From assembly GCA_021806925.1 (NCBI GenBank), contig JAKAPS010000004.1:1586-65585 (forward strand): DNA of 64,000 nucleotides. Reading direction: 5' to 3'. Positions within the stretch are counted from its first letter, which is position 1, and every line of letters starts with the position of its first letter. This document shows positions 60,851 to 64,000 of this stretch, piece by piece. The position numbers were made by a program, and so were the translations under genes. Source of the DNA: a bacterium (GTDB lineage: Bacteria; Patescibacteriota; Dojkabacteria; JAKAPS01). The notes under the pieces were generated by a model, which had not been told where the DNA came from, did not search any database, and saw nothing but the letters and a program-made list of their open reading frames with translations.

Positions 60851-62311
60851 TTATTTAAGAATATAGCAACTTCTGTTATTTTTCATATCAATTACCTCAA
60901 ATCCTTTTTCTTCTAAATCCTGTTTTAATTTATCACTTAAAGAGTAATCCCCGATATTTTTCGCTTCACTCCTTCTATTAATCAGTTCGTTATACTCCTC
61001 ATCCTTACTATTTGATGCTTCAACCATTAAATTAAAATCAAAACCCAATACACTTCCTATTGCATATATATTAGATATCTTTTCTTTAGATGCCATATCA
61101 TTCCTTTTTAAAATGTCATGAATTAATGCAATAGCTTTTGATGTATTAATATCATCTTCCAGGCACTCTTTTAATTTAACTAAATATTCATTTGAAAACA
61201 TATCATACACTGGAGATACACTGCCGTGAGTACTTGTACTCCGTAATGGAGTGGCAGAATCATCCTCTGCAAATAATCTTATCTGCCTTATTATTCCATA
61301 TATAGCTCTGTACGCATTAAGAATTGCTTCTTTAGAGAAATCTATCATGCTCCTATAATTTCCTGATAGAAATAGATATCGTAAAGCTTCAGGAGCATAT
61401 TTTGTGTTAGCTTTTAATTCAGAATTTAATATACTTTCAACATCATCAAGTGTATAGAAATTGTTTTTGCTTTTACTCATCTTTTCACCATTTATTGTTA
61501 TAAAAGCATTATGCAACCAATAATGTACAACTTGTTTTCCTGCTATTGAATCTGATTGAGCTATTTCATTTGTATGATGAGGAAATATCAAATCACTTCC
61601 GCCAGTATGAATGTCAAATTCATCTCCTAAGTATTTCATACTCATTGCACTACATTCAATATGCCAACCAGGATAACCTTTTCCCCATGGAGAATCCCAC
61701 AGCATTTGGTGTGTCGGATCATCAAGCTGCCATAATCTGAAATCCTTTTGCGACTTCTTTTCTACAGATTCATTTAGATTATCCCTTGAATTATCCATAA
61801 GTTCATCTGTTTTCTGTCCAGATAGGTTATAGTAAAGAGGAAATTTAGTTACATCAAAATATATTGCCTCATCTGTCCTATATGCATATCCTTTTTCTAA
61901 AAGTATCTCGATTAATTTTATCTGCTCTTGAATATGATCGGTAGCTTTAGCTAAAACACTTGGTGGTAATATATTTAATCTATCCCTATCTTTTAAAAAT
62001 ACATCAGTATATTTTTTTGCAATTGCCCATACATCTAAATTATCAATTTTTGCTTGTTTTTCCAGTTTATCTTCTCCCTTATCTATATCCCCTACAATAT
62101 GACCTACATCCGTTATATTCATTACATTGAATACATCATATCCTAGAAATCTGAAACTTCTAACCAAAATATCAGCAAAAATGAATGCACGCCAATTGCC
62201 TATTGTAGGGTTTGAATATACAGTTGGTCCACAGCTATATATCTTAACCATTCCTTTAACAATTGGTTTAAATTCTTCTAGCTGTTTTGATAATGTGTTG
62301 TATAATTTCAT
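60851..62311 (-). CDS. cysS: Cysteine--tRNA ligase
   Basis: CGPTVY, NITDVGH, PGWHIECSAM, DIHTGG, KMSKS. Confidence 0.97.
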   Translation of the reverse strand: MKLYNTLSKQLEEFKPIVKGMVKIYSCGPTVYSNPTIGNWRAFIFADILVRSFRFLGYDVFNVMNITDVGHIVGDIDKGEDKLEKQAKIDNLDVWAIAKKYTDVFLKDRDRLNILPPSVLAKATDHIQEQIKLIEILLEKGYAYRTDEAIYFDVTKFPLYYNLSGQKTDELMDNSRDNLNESVEKKSQKDFRLWQLDDPTHQMLWDSPWGKGYPGWHIECSAMSMKYLGDEFDIHTGGSDLIFPHHTNEIAQSDSIAGKQVVHYWLHNAFITINGEKMSKSKNNFYTLDDVESILNSELKANTKYAPEALRYLFLSGNYRSMIDFSKEAILNAYRAIYGIIRQIRLFAEDDSATPLRSTSTHGSVSPVYDMFSNEYLVKLKECLEDDINTSKAIALIHDILKRNDMASKEKISNIYAIGSVLGFDFNLMVEASNSKDEEYNELINRRSEAKNIGDYSLSDKLKQDLEEKGFEVIDMKNNRSCYILK

Positions 62312-62919
62312 AGTATTTCTGATCTGTTTTCAAAACTTTTTTCAAGTGTTTGAAAATCAGCATATTCAATATCCCCTCCTGTTGGAAGTCCTCTTGCTAT
62401 TCTTGATACTTTTACTTTAACAAAATCTCTTAATACATTCTTTATATACATAGCTGTTGCCTCTCCTTCAAGATTTTGATTTAATGCAATAATAACTTCA
62501 TTTACATTGCCTTTAGTGATCCTTGATTTTAGTTCATATAACCTAATATTTTCCGGTGCTATGCCTTTCATTGGAGAAAGGACTCCTCCTAATACATGAT
62601 ATATTCCTTTGTATATTCCAGCTGATTCTATAGCTAATACATCCAATGCTTCTTCAACAACACATATCTGATTTAAATTTCTCAATTTATTTGAGCATAT
62701 TTCACACAAATTATCTCCATTATCCCCTTTCTCAGTAAAATTAAAACATTCCACGCATTTCACAACTGTTTTTTTTGATGTTGTTAAAACAGATAGGAAA
62801 TTGGAGAACCTATCATCCGGTGCATTCAAAAAAAAATATGCCAACCTTGAAGCACTCTTATGACCTATGCCTGGTAATTTTTCAAATTCAGTAATCAAAG
62901 ACTCAATCAAATTATTCAT
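62308..62919 (-). CDS. recR: Recombination mediator RecR
   Basis: LPGIGHKSA, C4 zinc finger, YHVLGG, EGEATA, RIARGLP. Confidence 0.97.
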   Translation of the reverse strand: MNNLIESLITEFEKLPGIGHKSASRLAYFFLNAPDDRFSNFLSVLTTSKKTVVKCVECFNFTEKGDNGDNLCEICSNKLRNLNQICVVEEALDVLAIESAGIYKGIYHVLGGVLSPMKGIAPENIRLYELKSRITKGNVNEVIIALNQNLEGEATAMYIKNVLRDFVKVKVSRIARGLPTGGDIEYADFQTLEKSFENRSEIL

Positions 62920-62934
62920 TTATTATAGGTTAAA

Positions 62935-63243
62935 TTACTTAGAAGCGAACATTGAACGCAAAGTACCCATATCAAAATCTTTTGCCATTGCTTTTTGCAT
63001 TTGCTTACTTGCATCCTGCATTGCTTCCTTAATTCCTTCAATTAACTCATCCTTATACTCAGTACTGAGAAGCATATCATCAATCTTAATATCTAAAATC
63101 TTTTGTGTTCCATCAATTACTATTTCTACTCTACCTTTTTTTGATTTTCCAGAATGCCTTTGAGCTTGCAATTTCTTTTGCATTTCACTAGCTTGTTTCT
63201 GCATTTTAACTAAATCACCTACAGATGAAAATGGATTATTCAT
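62935..63243 (-). CDS. ybaB: YbaB/EbfC nucleoid-associated protein
   Basis: QKQASEMQKKL, VEIVIDG; adjacent to recR. Confidence 0.9.
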   Translation of the reverse strand: MNNPFSSVGDLVKMQKQASEMQKKLQAQRHSGKSKKGRVEIVIDGTQKILDIKIDDMLLSTEYKDELIEGIKEAMQDASKQMQKAMAKDFDMGTLRSMFASK

Positions 63244-63349
63244 ATGTTTAATTATTACATAAGAGTAGAGTAAAAAGCAATTAATTATTAATAGTAAATA
63301 TTTCAACTATTGACATAGTTTATATAGGGTTGTAGACTGCTGAAGCATT

Positions 63350-63510
63350 ATGAGTAAACCAGAACAAGAAACTGTTAAGACAGATCAAATATTAGAAAAA
63401 TTTCTAAATGTGTATGCATCCATCGGATAATTCCACATAAAATTATTATAGCAATTCTAATAGCTACTAATATTTACTCAAAAGAAACTCAGGAACAAGA
63501 AAAACCATAA
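63350..63510 (+). pseudogene. Small frameshifted orphan ORF
   Basis: TTGACA-N17-TAGACT promoter; MSKPEQET...SIG* continues as IPHKIIIAILIATNIYSKETQEQEKP* in another frame. Confidence 0.35.
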
Positions 63511-63578
63511 TCTCATATCTACATTGATTAAATTGAGGCATTGAAATAGATATGTATCAGTTGTAATATATATAGTAT

Positions 63579-63788
63579 ATGAGTAGTCATGAGAATAGTG
63601 GAAGTTGGATAGAAAAATTAAGTTCTAATTTTATTGGTAGAATAAAAGGCATCATGAAACGTCTTTATCCTTATTTAAAAGCATTTGATGATGGTTTTCA
63701 TAATGAAAATAGAGATGTATATTTTCATAGACGGAATGATAATAATTTACCACAAGGTGATACTACTCATACTTCAAAGCCTCAATAG
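63579..63788 (+). CDS. Small hypothetical protein
   Basis: TTGAAA-N17-TAATAT-N9-ATG; 69 aa. Confidence 0.5.
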   Translation: MSSHENSGSWIEKLSSNFIGRIKGIMKRLYPYLKAFDDGFHNENRDVYFHRRNDNNLPQGDTTHTSKPQ

Positions 63789-63999
63789 TATTTATTCTAC
63801 TTGCTCTAACTGATGGAATGCTACCTGCAATGAATGCTATTGCCATTATACCTAGTATTACTGCAATTACATAGATTGGATTAAATATAAGTATCCTATA
63901 TCCAAAAAATTGTTTTAATATTGTTTCACTTAGTATTTTGTCTGCTATTAATCCAAGTGTTATTGCAAAGGATGAGCCTATTATTGCTCCCCAGAATCC
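63763..63999 (-). CDS. C-terminal part of FtsX/MacB-type ABC transporter permease (runs off window)
   Basis: Manual translation ends ...AFIAGSIPSVRASRINTIEALKYE*. Confidence 0.85.
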   Translation of the reverse strand, partial: GFWGAIIGSSFAITLGLIADKILSETILKQFFGYRILIFNPIYVIAVILGIMAIAFIAGSIPSVRASRINTIEALKYE

Positions 64000-64000
64000 A

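Noticed and set aside
2411-63163. Numerous 60-190 aa ORFs antisense to or nested in recognised genes
   Set aside because: Fully overlap well-supported CDSs and lack motifs; expected shadows
1-64000. Alternative genetic code (TGA=Gly/Trp)
   Set aside because: Core genes are full length in code 11 and several end in TGA (rpmE, prfA, efp, ruvA, ruvB)

Overview
Very AT-rich bacterial chromosome segment using standard code 11 (TGA is a stop). Gene content, minimal tRNAs lacking CCA, many orphan ORFs and an AMP phosphorylase suggest a Patescibacteria/CPR genome (Dojkabacteria-like; inference only). Layout: surface-glycan cluster (1.5-19.4 kb) with a Xer recombinase and csoR-trxA; hisS; an orphan-rich block with a divergent RelA/SpoT-synthetase-like gene (21.6-27 kb); yebC-ruvCAB; two paralogous surface-protein cassettes bracketing efp-M16-dksA-rluD; tRNA-Leu(CAA); dnaB; a small island at tRNA-Ser(UGA) with a DUF3800-like gene; rpmE-prfA-prmC; ctpA; rpsF-ssb-rpsR; ychF; beta-CASP plus AMP phosphorylase; Fic; CCA enzyme; a frameshifted AAA ATPase; cysS-recR-ybaB. 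Best leads: (1) a complete leader-peptide attenuator (1:2/2:3/3:4) in front of the RelA/SpoT-like gene; (2) a DUF3800 gene with a promoter-driven antisense hairpin RNA over its 3' end; (3) a conserved G-U-covarying ~70-nt RNA hairpin behind both surface-protein paralogs; (4) repeated duplications/relics of housekeeping-gene 3' ends (cysS, rluD, mfd) next to accessory genes; (5) a Fic gene bracketed by triple-CTTGACA repeats. All protein family calls are from motif recognition by eye; no searches were run.
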